DNA of 64,000 nucleotides from contig JAZRYE010000032.1 in the NCBI GenBank assembly GCA_045600585.1, positions 12,351 through 76,350 of the forward strand, read 5' to 3'. This DNA comes from Bacilli bacterium. GTDB taxonomy: Bacteria; Bacillota_I; Bacilli_A; RFN20; CAG-826. The notes under the pieces are model-generated. The model worked only from the letters and a program-made list of their open reading frames with translations. It had not been told where the DNA came from and ran no database searches. Position numbers and translations under genes: made by a program. Of the stretch, positions 39,332-49,094 are shown in pieces (the stretch's first letter is position 1; the number at the start of each line of letters is the position of its first letter).

Positions 39332-39811
39332 TTATTCTCCTTTTTCAAGCAATAGTATGTAAGACTCGGCTTTAACTGCTTTTCCTTCACCCACACTATC
39401 GAGTCCTTCATTAGTGCCGGCTTTAACTGATACATTATTAATATCAGTATTAAGCAATAACGCGATATTCTTTCGCATATCAAGGATATAATCCTTTAAC
39501 TTTGGTCTTTCCAATGTGATTGAAATATCAACATTGCCAACCTTATAGCCTCTCTCATCCATCATTTTAACAATAGCTTTAACGATGAGAGATGAATCCA
39601 TGTTAAGTGTCTCTTCACTTGTATCTGGGAAATGTTTTCCTAAATCACCTAGTGCAAGAGCACCGAGAATTGATTCACCAAGTGCGTGAAAAACGACATC
39701 TCCATCACTATGTGCTAACTCACCAAATGTTGATGGAACATCGATTCCACCAAGCATGAGTTTGCGTTCTGGAACTAATCTATGTATGTCACTAGCAAAT
39801 CCAATTCTCAT
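39332..39811 (-). CDS. ispF: 2-C-methyl-D-erythritol 2,4-cyclodiphosphate synthase
   Basis: GFASDIHRL...HSDGDVVFHALGESILGA. Confidence 0.85.
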   Translation of the reverse strand: MRIGFASDIHRLVPERKLMLGGIDVPSTFGELAHSDGDVVFHALGESILGALALGDLGKHFPDTSEETLNMDSSLIVKAIVKMMDERGYKVGNVDISITLERPKLKDYILDMRKNIALLLNTDINNVSVKAGTNEGLDSVGEGKAVKAESYILLLEKGE

Positions 39812-40921
39812 TTATTTCTTTACGTTGAATCTGAAGAACATGCAATCACCATCTTTTGGATAGTAACCTTTTCCTTCAGTTCTCACCTTTCCTGCTTCTT
39901 TAGCAGCGGCTTCACTACCATATTCTTTAATAGCGGTATAAGGATATACTTCTGCACAAATAAATCCTTTTTGGAAATCGGTATGGATGACACCAGCGCA
40001 TTCAGGAGCACTCATGCCATTTGTAAATGTCCAAGCGCGACATTCATCACTACCGACAGTGAAGAATGTTGATAGATTTAATAATCTATAAGTTGCTTTA
40101 ATTACTCTTTCAAGACCAGATTCTTTAATGCCGAGATCTTCTAAGAATAATTCTTTTTCTTCTGGAGGTAATTGTGAGATTTCACTTTCAATTTCTGCAG
40201 AAACAGGAATTACTTCGTTTCCTTCTTCTTTTGCATATGCAACTACCTTTTGATAGTTAGAAGCATTTTCAATATTTGTTAAGTCACCTTCACTGACATT
40301 AGCAACATAGATGATAGGCTTCTTTGTTAATAAATGATAGCTTTTAGCGAATAATTCTTGTTCTTCTGTTAAACGAACAACTCTAGCTGGTCTACCTTCT
40401 AATAAGACTTCCTTGATTGGAGAAAGAATGCTCATTTCTAATACTGATTCTTTATCTTTTAAAATACGAGCCTTGTTTTCAATCTTATCAATTCTTTTTT
40501 GGACAGTATCTAAGTCTGCCATAACAAGTTCAAGATTGATGATTTCAATATCTCTAATTGGATCAACGCTTTCTTCAACGTGAACGATATCAGGATTTTC
40601 AAAGCATCTAACAACTTCGACAATCGCATCGCATTCTCTAATATGTGCAAGGAATTGGTTACCAAGACCTTCACCGTGAGATGCACCTTTAACTAAGCCA
40701 GCAATATCATAGAATTCAACAGTTGCAGGAATTTTTCTTTCTGGTTTAAAGATATTAACTAAATTATCAAGTCTTTCATCCGGAACGTTAACAACACCGG
40801 TATTTGGGTTGATAGTAGCAAATGGATAATTTGCCGCTTCAACGTGTGAATTTGTAATTGCGTTAAATAATGTTGATTTTCCAACATTAGGTAATCCGAC
40901 AATTCCAGCTTTTAATCCCAT
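39812..40921 (-). CDS. ychF: ribosome-binding ATPase YchF (Obg-family GTPase)
   Basis: G1 motif GIVGLPNVGKST and C-terminal TGS domain. Confidence 0.9.
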   Translation of the reverse strand: MGLKAGIVGLPNVGKSTLFNAITNSHVEAANYPFATINPNTGVVNVPDERLDNLVNIFKPERKIPATVEFYDIAGLVKGASHGEGLGNQFLAHIRECDAIVEVVRCFENPDIVHVEESVDPIRDIEIINLELVMADLDTVQKRIDKIENKARILKDKESVLEMSILSPIKEVLLEGRPARVVRLTEEQELFAKSYHLLTKKPIIYVANVSEGDLTNIENASNYQKVVAYAKEEGNEVIPVSAEIESEISQLPPEEKELFLEDLGIKESGLERVIKATYRLLNLSTFFTVGSDECRAWTFTNGMSAPECAGVIHTDFQKGFICAEVYPYTAIKEYGSEAAAKEAGKVRTEGKGYYPKDGDCMFFRFNVKK

Positions 40922-40994
40922 AATAAATAACCTCGACGAGCAATTCGCACGTTATATTATATGGTAATTAATAAAAATTACCAACATTATTTAC

Positions 40995-43796
40995 TTATCT
41001 AAGCAATCCATCTAATGGATTAAGGGAATTCATTTTAGAAGAAATAGCAAAGGAAGATAATAGAAAAATCGTTAAAGCAAGAAGAAACATTAGTAGGATT
41101 GATAAAGGGTTAAATGTAAAAGAGGAGGTTGTTGATAAAGCGCTAGAAATAGCTAAATTTGAGACGAAAGACATGCCGATTATTTCTATGCTGGAAAGAA
41201 GAAAAGAAATAAGACACATCAACATTGAATGAGAGTATAAAAATTTTCTTGCTTCCTTCTTATTTATTCCAAGACATCTTGCTAAAGAAATCTCCCTTTT
41301 TCCTTCCAATATATGTAAATAATTACATATCGATAACAATAATGTTGAAATTATTGTTGCAATAATTGAGAAAATTATCATCGCAATTGCTACGTATTTA
41401 CACACCTCATCAACGCTTTCATTGATGTCAGAAAGAGGATTGATTATTTGATATTTTGGAAACGATTTTTTAAGCGATTTTATCGTGAGTTCACTACTAG
41501 ATTCGTCATTCATATTAAAGGCAATATCGGTTACTCCTAAAAAGAAGGATGAAACTCCTAATCGTGATTGGTAAAAAGCAATCGTCCAATCTTCATCATG
41601 ATAAATTATCGATTTATCCGAATTAATTATTCCTGTAATTTTTAAAGGAATGGTTTTGTAATAATTTATTTGTTTTCCATTATCAAGAAGTCTTGTTTCT
41701 ACTGTTGATGATAAATAAAGAATATCATTTTCGTTATTGCTTTTTAGCTTTTGATATAGCCCATTTGATATAGCAATTTCATCTAATGTTTCCGGTTTAC
41801 GACCGCTTAAAAGATTATCAGGAATCACATCAAAAGTTACTCCATCCTGCAAACTTCTTGAGAAATGCCCACTTTCAATTCCTTTTGGTAACTCAATTTG
41901 TTGATTGCTATTTGTTGATATAACAGAGTTTGTTTCTAATGTTTCAAAAAGAAGTTCCTCATCAAAAGAAAAATATGTCATTTTATTAAATCCCATCATC
42001 AAACTACTTGGATAAATAGAATAGCCAGAAGCATTTCCTAAAATTGATGTAGTCAAATTTGATGATGATTTATGGAAATATTCTAAGTATCGAAGCGGAA
42101 TTGTATTTAAGTGATTCGAAAAGAAAAGCACTCTTCTAATGTCCTTTGTTTCTTCACCTAATAGTAACCACGGATAATGTGTTTTATTTGCAATCTCTAA
42201 GATATATGGATCGAACATCTCATCATATCTTGCTAAATGGAGGAATTCATCAATATTATCTTTTAGATAAAAATAGACAATTTTACGCATCATCCAGGGA
42301 TATTCTGGATTGGTAACATCATTATCTAATGTTGGGAAACGCATCCTTTCTTCAAGCATGTATTGATTCCACATATGATTGCTATGAATGATGCCGGGTT
42401 TTTTTGAAAGAGTAAAACCCACCATTCTCACTAATTGTTGATCGCTATAAGTCCAAGAATTATTAGCTAAATCAAAATACATATAAATAGAGTTAGATTC
42501 TAAATATTCCGATAAAGAAGATACTGTTCGTACTATTCTTAATGAATAACAAATTTCTTCTATCATCGATATTGTTAAAGAAAGAACGACTTCATCTTCT
42601 TCTAATCGTGTTATTTCTCGAGGGTATATTTGTTCGTTATTCTGATCAAGCCACTCGAATTCATTAACGTGTCGGATAGAAAACCCTTCAATCGGGGTGT
42701 AACTACCACTTCTATCCAAAACCAACGCATTAGCATCAGGAAAAAATTCTTCAAAATTAGCAATATAATCCACTCCCACATCTATGATGTAATCACTATA
42801 TTTATGTTTAATGTCTATAGCCTCATAATATGAGCCAGAGTATTGGCCAAATATTTTTGAATAATCTTCTTTCGTTGATACCATAATTCGCGACTGATCA
42901 ATTAACGAAGCATAGGCTGATTTGATGTTTGAAGAAATAGAACTAGATAAAGATATGGCGATACCAACTCCAATTAAGCCCAAAGAAGTGACAATATTGC
43001 ATATTAAAGTTCTCCACTTCTTTGCTTTGATGGAATGATATGTATGGCGGAATAAAAATGAAGAAGGAATACTTTGTTTCTTGTTAGAAAAAGCATTCTT
43101 TAATATAGGCAAATACGCTTCATGTTTGTGATGTTCTTTATAAGAAACTTTATCTATTTTGCCATCTTTCATTTCAATGATGATGTCCGCATATTTCTTT
43201 GTTAGATCTATATCGTGAGAAACGATGATAACTAAAGAAGAAAGAGATACTTTTTCTAAGATATCCATAATCTCGATAGATGTTTTACTATCAAGAGCGC
43301 CTGTTGGTTCATCTGCTAAAATGATGGATGGGTCATTAACTAACGCTCTTGCTATGGCAACACGTTGTTTTTCTCCACCAGATAATTTCTTAGTTATTTT
43401 CTTTTCATAGCCGTCTAGACCAACCAAGCCTAATAAATCTTCACACTTTCTTTTCTTACGAGATTCTTTGATGTTTGATATCGTATCAAGCGGAAGCAAG
43501 ACATTATCATAGACTGTTTCATTATCATATAGCTTAAAATCTTGAAAAACAAAACCGAAATTTCGTAAACGGAAATCAGATAAATCATTATCGTTCATGT
43601 TTTCTAAATGTTTATTATTTATCGATATACTTCCCTCATAATCTAATAAGCCGGAAATGCAGTTTAATAATGTGGTTTTGCCACTTCCTGATGCCCCATA
43701 AATCACGACTAAACCATATCTAGGTAAAGATATATTAATATCTTTTAATATGTGATTATTTCCGTATCGTTTATTTAATTTACTAATCTTAATCAT
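40995..43796 (-). CDS. MacB-like ABC transporter, fused N-terminal ATPase and FtsX-type permease (933 aa)
   Basis: Walker A GASGSGKTT, signature LSGGEKQR, Walker B ILADEPTG, then a large extracytoplasmic domain and C-terminal transmembrane bundle. Confidence 0.8.
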   Translation of the reverse strand: MIKISKLNKRYGNNHILKDINISLPRYGLVVIYGASGSGKTTLLNCISGLLDYEGSISINNKHLENMNDNDLSDFRLRNFGFVFQDFKLYDNETVYDNVLLPLDTISNIKESRKKRKCEDLLGLVGLDGYEKKITKKLSGGEKQRVAIARALVNDPSIILADEPTGALDSKTSIEIMDILEKVSLSSLVIIVSHDIDLTKKYADIIIEMKDGKIDKVSYKEHHKHEAYLPILKNAFSNKKQSIPSSFLFRHTYHSIKAKKWRTLICNIVTSLGLIGVGIAISLSSSISSNIKSAYASLIDQSRIMVSTKEDYSKIFGQYSGSYYEAIDIKHKYSDYIIDVGVDYIANFEEFFPDANALVLDRSGSYTPIEGFSIRHVNEFEWLDQNNEQIYPREITRLEEDEVVLSLTISMIEEICYSLRIVRTVSSLSEYLESNSIYMYFDLANNSWTYSDQQLVRMVGFTLSKKPGIIHSNHMWNQYMLEERMRFPTLDNDVTNPEYPWMMRKIVYFYLKDNIDEFLHLARYDEMFDPYILEIANKTHYPWLLLGEETKDIRRVLFFSNHLNTIPLRYLEYFHKSSSNLTTSILGNASGYSIYPSSLMMGFNKMTYFSFDEELLFETLETNSVISTNSNQQIELPKGIESGHFSRSLQDGVTFDVIPDNLLSGRKPETLDEIAISNGLYQKLKSNNENDILYLSSTVETRLLDNGKQINYYKTIPLKITGIINSDKSIIYHDEDWTIAFYQSRLGVSSFFLGVTDIAFNMNDESSSELTIKSLKKSFPKYQIINPLSDINESVDEVCKYVAIAMIIFSIIATIISTLLLSICNYLHILEGKREISLARCLGINKKEARKFLYSHSMLMCLISFLLSSIEIIGMSFVSNLAISSALSTTSSFTFNPLSILLMFLLALTIFLLSSFAISSKMNSLNPLDGLLR

Positions 43797-45901
43797 TCGC
43801 TCATCAACTCCTCTTTAATAGATACCTTTTTCGAGAAAGAAATAGGTAAATATGTAGACAAAATAGAAACAGCAAAAGTAGAAATAGTTAAAAGAATTGG
43901 TAAGAAGAATCGATGTGATAAAAATGAATCAAATGGAATATTGATTAAAGAAGAAAATCCTGAGAATAAATAGATTACTTTATTCACTAGAGGGGTTAAC
44001 AAAATCGATATCAATAGAGAAATAACTAATGCAATTAATCCAATAAAAACGTTCTCATATATATAGATGCTTGTAATATCATCCTCACTACTACCTAGTG
44101 AAGAAAGAATTGCACTTATCTTTTTATCTTCCGAATAAGAAGAAAAAGAAACAATTCCTAATATCAAAATAGTTCCTAGTAAGGCAATAACCAAAAAAGC
44201 ATCCATACCGATAGTTGCAGCTTTAACTAAATCAAGAAGCGCGCCACCGATAGTTAAAGCATTAGAAGAATAAGAAAAAGGGGAAGATAGGTTGTTTGAA
44301 ATTTCTTCAATTTTTGCATAATTATGGTAATCATTAATAAAAGCTTTGATTTGATAGCTTGATAATTGATCATTATTGGAAATAGAAGCTATATAGTCAT
44401 ACCAAGTAATGAAATCTTCTTTATAAGAAGAAAGGTTATTCATTATCGTATTTTGTAATAAATCAATAAGTGAGACATAAGGATAATAAATTTTTGGAGA
44501 GGAAAGAAAATTCATTTCATCTACCACTCCCACTATTTTCACTTCTTTTTCATAGACAAAATAATCACTGATATAGGGGCGTTCGTTATCACCTGTAAAA
44601 TAATTAACTTCTTTACTGTAATAAAGATGCAAATAGGTGTTAAGTGGAGAGAATTTATATTTTTTATTTAATAAGTTATAGCAGGTCTTATTTATTACTA
44701 CTTCTTTTAAAGAATCAGTGGTTGGAATATATCCATCGATTAATAAAGAAGAATCAACGTAGTTATCTAAATATGAATAAATAGGATAATAAAATATCTC
44801 TTCAATTTCTTCTTCATCATGTTTAGTCTCTAACGACATAGGAACAAGGGAAGAATAATCATAGGTAAAAGTAAAATCAGGATAATTATTTTCGATATGT
44901 TCAATCTCTTCTTTACTTGGTCTTGTCATCTCTACCATAGATAAAGGCGAGCCTTCAATTTTATGGCTGATTTCTTTGGAAATAGAACCAACTCCATAAT
45001 CAAATTGTTTTGTTATTTCTTGTTTTAAAGAAGGAGTTGCTCCAGAAGAAAAACCAATGATTAGTAATGAAGAAGATAGACCAATGACAAGAGAAATAAT
45101 TGATATGAGATTTCTTTTAAATCTCTTTTTAAAATTAGATTTTGTCAGGTGGTTAATATAATAGTCATTGTGCTTTCTTTTGGCGTTGTTAATCTTTAAA
45201 TCAATTTCTTTAATTTTGTGGACCATTTTATCTTCTTTAATAGTTCCGTCTTTTAAAGTAATTATTCGATCTGCATATAAAGAAGCAAGCTCATCATTAT
45301 GAGTAATGACAATTACGAGCTTTTTCTTGCTCTCTTTCTTTAATAAATCCATTGTAATTAGTGAATTTTGACTATCTAACGCTCCTGTTGGTTCATCGGC
45401 AAGAATTACTTCAGGATTATTGATTAAGCTTCTTAAAATGGCTATTCTTTCTTTTTCTCCACCAGAGAGGTATTTAACCTTTTGGTTATATAACTTTTCA
45501 CTAAATCCTATATCCTTTAATAATATTAATGCTTTGTTTTTTGCGTCCTTATATGAGCATCCGTTTATTAAAGAAGGAAGCATGACATTAAATAAACTAG
45601 TTTCATTATCTAAAAGATGATAATGCTGAAAAATAATTGAGATATGTCTTTTTCGATAATCGTTTCTTTTTCTTTTTCTATATTTCGTTATATTTTCATT
45701 ATTGAAATAAATATCACCTTTTGTAGGATTATCGATTAAAGAAAGCATGTTTAATAAAGTTGATTTGCCACTTCCAGATTTGCCTTTAATTACTACTAGA
45801 CCATTATTTGGTAAACAAAATGATACGTCCTTTAAGGCGTATTTTTCTTTTCCATCTTTCTCTTTATATAGTTTTGTAATGTGTTCAATTCTATAAAGCA
45901 T
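43793..45901 (-). CDS. MacB-like ABC transporter, fused ATPase-permease (paralog, about 702 aa)
   Basis: GKSGSGKST, LSGGEKER, ILADEPTG. Start set at ATG MLYRIEH rather than the track's upstream TTG. 4-nt overlap with the downstream paralog. Confidence 0.8.
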   Translation of the reverse strand: MLYRIEHITKLYKEKDGKEKYALKDVSFCLPNNGLVVIKGKSGSGKSTLLNMLSLIDNPTKGDIYFNNENITKYRKRKRNDYRKRHISIIFQHYHLLDNETSLFNVMLPSLINGCSYKDAKNKALILLKDIGFSEKLYNQKVKYLSGGEKERIAILRSLINNPEVILADEPTGALDSQNSLITMDLLKKESKKKLVIVITHNDELASLYADRIITLKDGTIKEDKMVHKIKEIDLKINNAKRKHNDYYINHLTKSNFKKRFKRNLISIISLVIGLSSSLLIIGFSSGATPSLKQEITKQFDYGVGSISKEISHKIEGSPLSMVEMTRPSKEEIEHIENNYPDFTFTYDYSSLVPMSLETKHDEEEIEEIFYYPIYSYLDNYVDSSLLIDGYIPTTDSLKEVVINKTCYNLLNKKYKFSPLNTYLHLYYSKEVNYFTGDNERPYISDYFVYEKEVKIVGVVDEMNFLSSPKIYYPYVSLIDLLQNTIMNNLSSYKEDFITWYDYIASISNNDQLSSYQIKAFINDYHNYAKIEEISNNLSSPFSYSSNALTIGGALLDLVKAATIGMDAFLVIALLGTILILGIVSFSSYSEDKKISAILSSLGSSEDDITSIYIYENVFIGLIALVISLLISILLTPLVNKVIYLFSGFSSLINIPFDSFLSHRFFLPILLTISTFAVSILSTYLPISFSKKVSIKEELMSE

Positions 45902-46140
45902 AACAATAACCAAATAATATCTTGTGAAGAGAAGGACTTTCTTCCAAATCAATATTTAACTAGCTATAATGTACTTGGTGACATTTAGCTTTTTTGGCTA
46001 TTTGTCATTTTTTATTTTGACGACTATTAAGAAAATCAAAATCGAGAAGATTATGATTTCTATCATCAAAGATTTCCTTTCCTTGATAACTAGATTACTG
46101 AAATTGGATTTGAGATCTCCCATTCAAAGATTGGTAGACA

Positions 46141-46180
46141 TAAAAAATGCCCCCATACTTATTTATAGGGGGCAAATTGA
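46141..46180. terminator. bidirectional rho-independent terminator (3' of fhs)
   Basis: TGCCCCC-N13-GGGGGCA flanked by A/T runs on both sides. Confidence 0.7.
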
Positions 46181-46198
46181 ATTTTTTTCTTAATTTTT

Positions 46199-47809
46199 TT
46201 AAATTTCTTCGTCTTCCATCTTTACGGCAGCAGGAATTTTAGGAAGTCCTGGCATTGTCATAATGCTACCAGTTAATGGAACAATGAATCCTGCACCAGC
46301 AGATAATCTTACTTCACGAATTGTGATAGTAAATCCTTCTGGGGCACCTAATACTTTTGGATTGTCAGTGAAGGATTGAGGAGTTTTTGCAATACAAACT
46401 GGAGTTTTATCAAATCCCATCTTTGTATATTCATCAATTTGTTTATCAGCTTCTTCAGTATAAACGACATCTTTAGCTCCATAGATTTCTTTAGCAATTG
46501 TTTCAATTTTTGCTTTAATAGGAAGCTTTTCATCATATAAGTATTTGAAGTTGCTCTTTTCATTTTCTAAAACTTTTTGAACTTCTTTTGCTAAAGCAAC
46601 TGCTCCATCACCGCCATCTTTGAAGCCAGAACAGAATGCGTATCTATAGCCTTGTTCTTTGCACCACTTGATGAGAGCTTCTGTTTCTTTTTCTGTATCA
46701 CTATCAAAGTGATTGATACAAACGACAACAGGGACTCCGTATTTAGCCATATTGTCCATATGACGTTTTAAGTTGCAAACGCCACCTAATAAAGCTTCAA
46801 CGTTTTCAGTAGTTAAATCTTCAAAAGCTTGGCCACCATGCATTTTTAATGCACGAATAGTCGCAACCATAACAATTGCATCAGGTTTAATACCAGCAAA
46901 ACGGCATTTGATATCTAAGAATTTTTCAGCACCAAGGTCACCACCGAATCCAGCTTCTGTAATAACAACTGGTGCAAGTTTAAGAGCTAACTTAGTAGCA
47001 ATGATTGAATTACAACCATGTGCGATATTTGCAAAAGGTCCACCATGTAAAATTGCTGGGTTACCTTCTAGGGTTTGAACCATATTAGGATTAATAGCGT
47101 TTTTCATGAGTTTCATGATAGCGTGACTAATCTTCAAATCTTTAACTGTGACTGGTTTACCTTCAAATGTATAAGCGACAATGATTTTGTTTGTTCTATC
47201 TAAGAAATCTTGTTGATCTTTTGCTAAGCAAAGGATAGCCATTAATTCGCTTGCAACAGTAATGACGAATTCATCATCACGTGGTTGGCCTTTCTTTTCT
47301 CCTTGCATAACTGTGACTTTTCTTAAAGCACGGTCATTCATATCAAGAGCGCGTTTCCAAACAATTCTATTTGGATCAATGCCAAGTTCATTGCCTTGGA
47401 AAATATGGTTATCGATAATCGCAGAGATTAAATTGATTGAACTTGTTAATGCATGTAAATCACCTGTGAAGTGTAAGTTGATATCTTCGCCAGGAATAAC
47501 ACTTGCTTTACCTCCACCAGTCGCACCGCCTTTAATACCAAAGACAGGACCTAATGATGGTTCTCTTAAGCAAAGTAAAGAATTAACGCCAATCTTGTGC
47601 ATGCCATCATGTAGACCAATTGATGTTGTTGTTTTACCTTCACCAGCTTTAGTTGGAGTAATTGCAGTTACTAAAACTAATTTGCCATCTTTGTTAGAAT
47701 TTACTTCGTTTAAAATATCGAGATTGATTTTAGCTTTGTCATATCCATAAGGGATGACATATTTAGAATCAATACCGGCTTTTTTAGCAATATCAAATAT
47801 ATTTTCCAT
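46199..47809 (-). CDS. fhs: formate--tetrahydrofolate ligase
   Basis: PTKAGEGKTTTSIGL P-loop of FTHFS. 536 aa. Confidence 0.9.
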   Translation of the reverse strand: MENIFDIAKKAGIDSKYVIPYGYDKAKINLDILNEVNSNKDGKLVLVTAITPTKAGEGKTTTSIGLHDGMHKIGVNSLLCLREPSLGPVFGIKGGATGGGKASVIPGEDINLHFTGDLHALTSSINLISAIIDNHIFQGNELGIDPNRIVWKRALDMNDRALRKVTVMQGEKKGQPRDDEFVITVASELMAILCLAKDQQDFLDRTNKIIVAYTFEGKPVTVKDLKISHAIMKLMKNAINPNMVQTLEGNPAILHGGPFANIAHGCNSIIATKLALKLAPVVITEAGFGGDLGAEKFLDIKCRFAGIKPDAIVMVATIRALKMHGGQAFEDLTTENVEALLGGVCNLKRHMDNMAKYGVPVVVCINHFDSDTEKETEALIKWCKEQGYRYAFCSGFKDGGDGAVALAKEVQKVLENEKSNFKYLYDEKLPIKAKIETIAKEIYGAKDVVYTEEADKQIDEYTKMGFDKTPVCIAKTPQSFTDNPKVLGAPEGFTITIREVRLSAGAGFIVPLTGSIMTMPGLPKIPAAVKMEDEEI

Positions 47810-47830
47810 ATTGATTACCTCTCATTATTT

Positions 47831-47856
47831 GTTACATATATATTACATATGTAATT
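47831..47856. promoter_or_regulatory. perfect 14-bp palindrome ATTACATATGTAAT with adjacent TTACATAT direct repeat upstream of fhs (candidate operator)
   Basis: Read directly from the sequence, about 35-50 nt upstream of the fhs start. Confidence 0.4.
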
Positions 47857-47875
47857 GACTTTTTTCACTTGCTTT

Positions 47876-48760
47876 TTACTTTTTATTAACAATTGCCTCA
47901 AAGGCTTCTTCTTTTGACTTATATATTTCTAGTTCAAATTGATTTTTAAAGAATGTTATTTGTCTTTTCGCATAGTTTCTTGTTCTTTGTTTGATGAGTT
48001 CGGAACATTCTTTTAATGTTAACTTTTCTTCAAGATAATCAATGACTTCTTTATAGCCAATTGCTTCTCTGCTAGTTAATGATAAGTCGTATTTATTTAA
48101 TAATGATTTAACTTCGTTAACTAATCCTTCTTTAAACATGATATCGACTCTTTTATTAATGTTTTCATAAAGTAGTTCTCTATCAGGGGACAACATAATC
48201 ATTCTTATATCTTCTTTTGGATAAACAAGTTTATGTTCTTGAGAAGAGATGTTTTTACTTTTGGTTGTTCCGGTTGTACGAGCAATGCTAAGTGCACGAA
48301 TTACTCTTTTACGGTTATTCATATGAATCTTTTCCGTGGAAGCATAATCAACTTTCTTAAGCATCTCATAAAGTTCTTCATTAGATAACTTTTCCAAATC
48401 ACTAGTGTCATCTTTGATTTCTTCTTGGAAAGAATAATCATAGATTGCCGCACGAATATATAATCCTGTTCCCCCACATACAATGATATCTTTATAAGTC
48501 TTGGATAGTTCTTCTACTGTCTTTCTAAAGTCATCTTGATATTGTTTGACAGAATAAGTTTCTTCTGGCGTAAGAATATCTAAAAGATAATGCCTTTTAT
48601 AAAATGGATCATCTTTACTGATTTTGGCTGTTCCAACATCCATATCTTTATAGATTTGAAAAGCATCCGCGTTAATAATAGGTGCATTAAAATAATCCGC
48701 TAAAGATAGAGCAAGAGATGTTTTACCAGAACCGGTAGGACCAGAAATAATATAAATCAT
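47876..48760 (-). CDS. miaA: tRNA dimethylallyltransferase
   Basis: P-loop GPTGSGKTSLA. 294 aa. Confidence 0.9.
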   Translation of the reverse strand: MIYIISGPTGSGKTSLALSLADYFNAPIINADAFQIYKDMDVGTAKISKDDPFYKRHYLLDILTPEETYSVKQYQDDFRKTVEELSKTYKDIIVCGGTGLYIRAAIYDYSFQEEIKDDTSDLEKLSNEELYEMLKKVDYASTEKIHMNNRKRVIRALSIARTTGTTKSKNISSQEHKLVYPKEDIRMIMLSPDRELLYENINKRVDIMFKEGLVNEVKSLLNKYDLSLTSREAIGYKEVIDYLEEKLTLKECSELIKQRTRNYAKRQITFFKNQFELEIYKSKEEAFEAIVNKK

Positions 48761-48803
48761 GGCTTAATTATAAAATAAAAAGTATGCATAAGCACACTTT
48801 TAT

Positions 48804-49094
48804 TTAGTCCAATATGTTTTTTACTTGAAGAAGTATTTGTTCAACTTCTTTTCGACTTATTTCGAAGTTGCTAACAAGTGGATTAGAATTGTAGATTTTT
48901 ATTAAATTATCTCTTTCTTCTAATTTGCCTTCATTTGTTAATCGAGCAATATTAGTTCTCATTTCTTTTAATTCTTCATTTTGCTCAAGAAGAGACTTTA
49001 ATCTTAGATATTCTTGAACTTCAGGAAGTTCTTCAATTGCAGTGGATAATTTAGTTGCAGCTTCTATAACATTATCCATTAACAATTTCTCCAA
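48804..49094 (-). CDS. ymcA: YmcA/YlbF-family (UPF0342) protein
   Basis: 96-aa helical protein immediately downstream of miaB, as in B. subtilis ymcB-ymcA. ELPEVQEYL motif. Confidence 0.55.
   Translation of the reverse strand: MEKLLMDNVIEAATKLSTAIEELPEVQEYLRLKSLLEQNEELKEMRTNIARLTNEGKLEERDNLIKIYNSNPLVSNFEISRKEVEQILLQVKNILD

Noticed and set aside
45969-46193. 74-aa plus-strand ORF between the ABC transporter and fhs
   Set aside because: It runs through the bidirectional terminator hairpin at 46141-46180. It has no RBS and a low-complexity Ile/Leu/Lys composition typical of AT-rich non-coding DNA.
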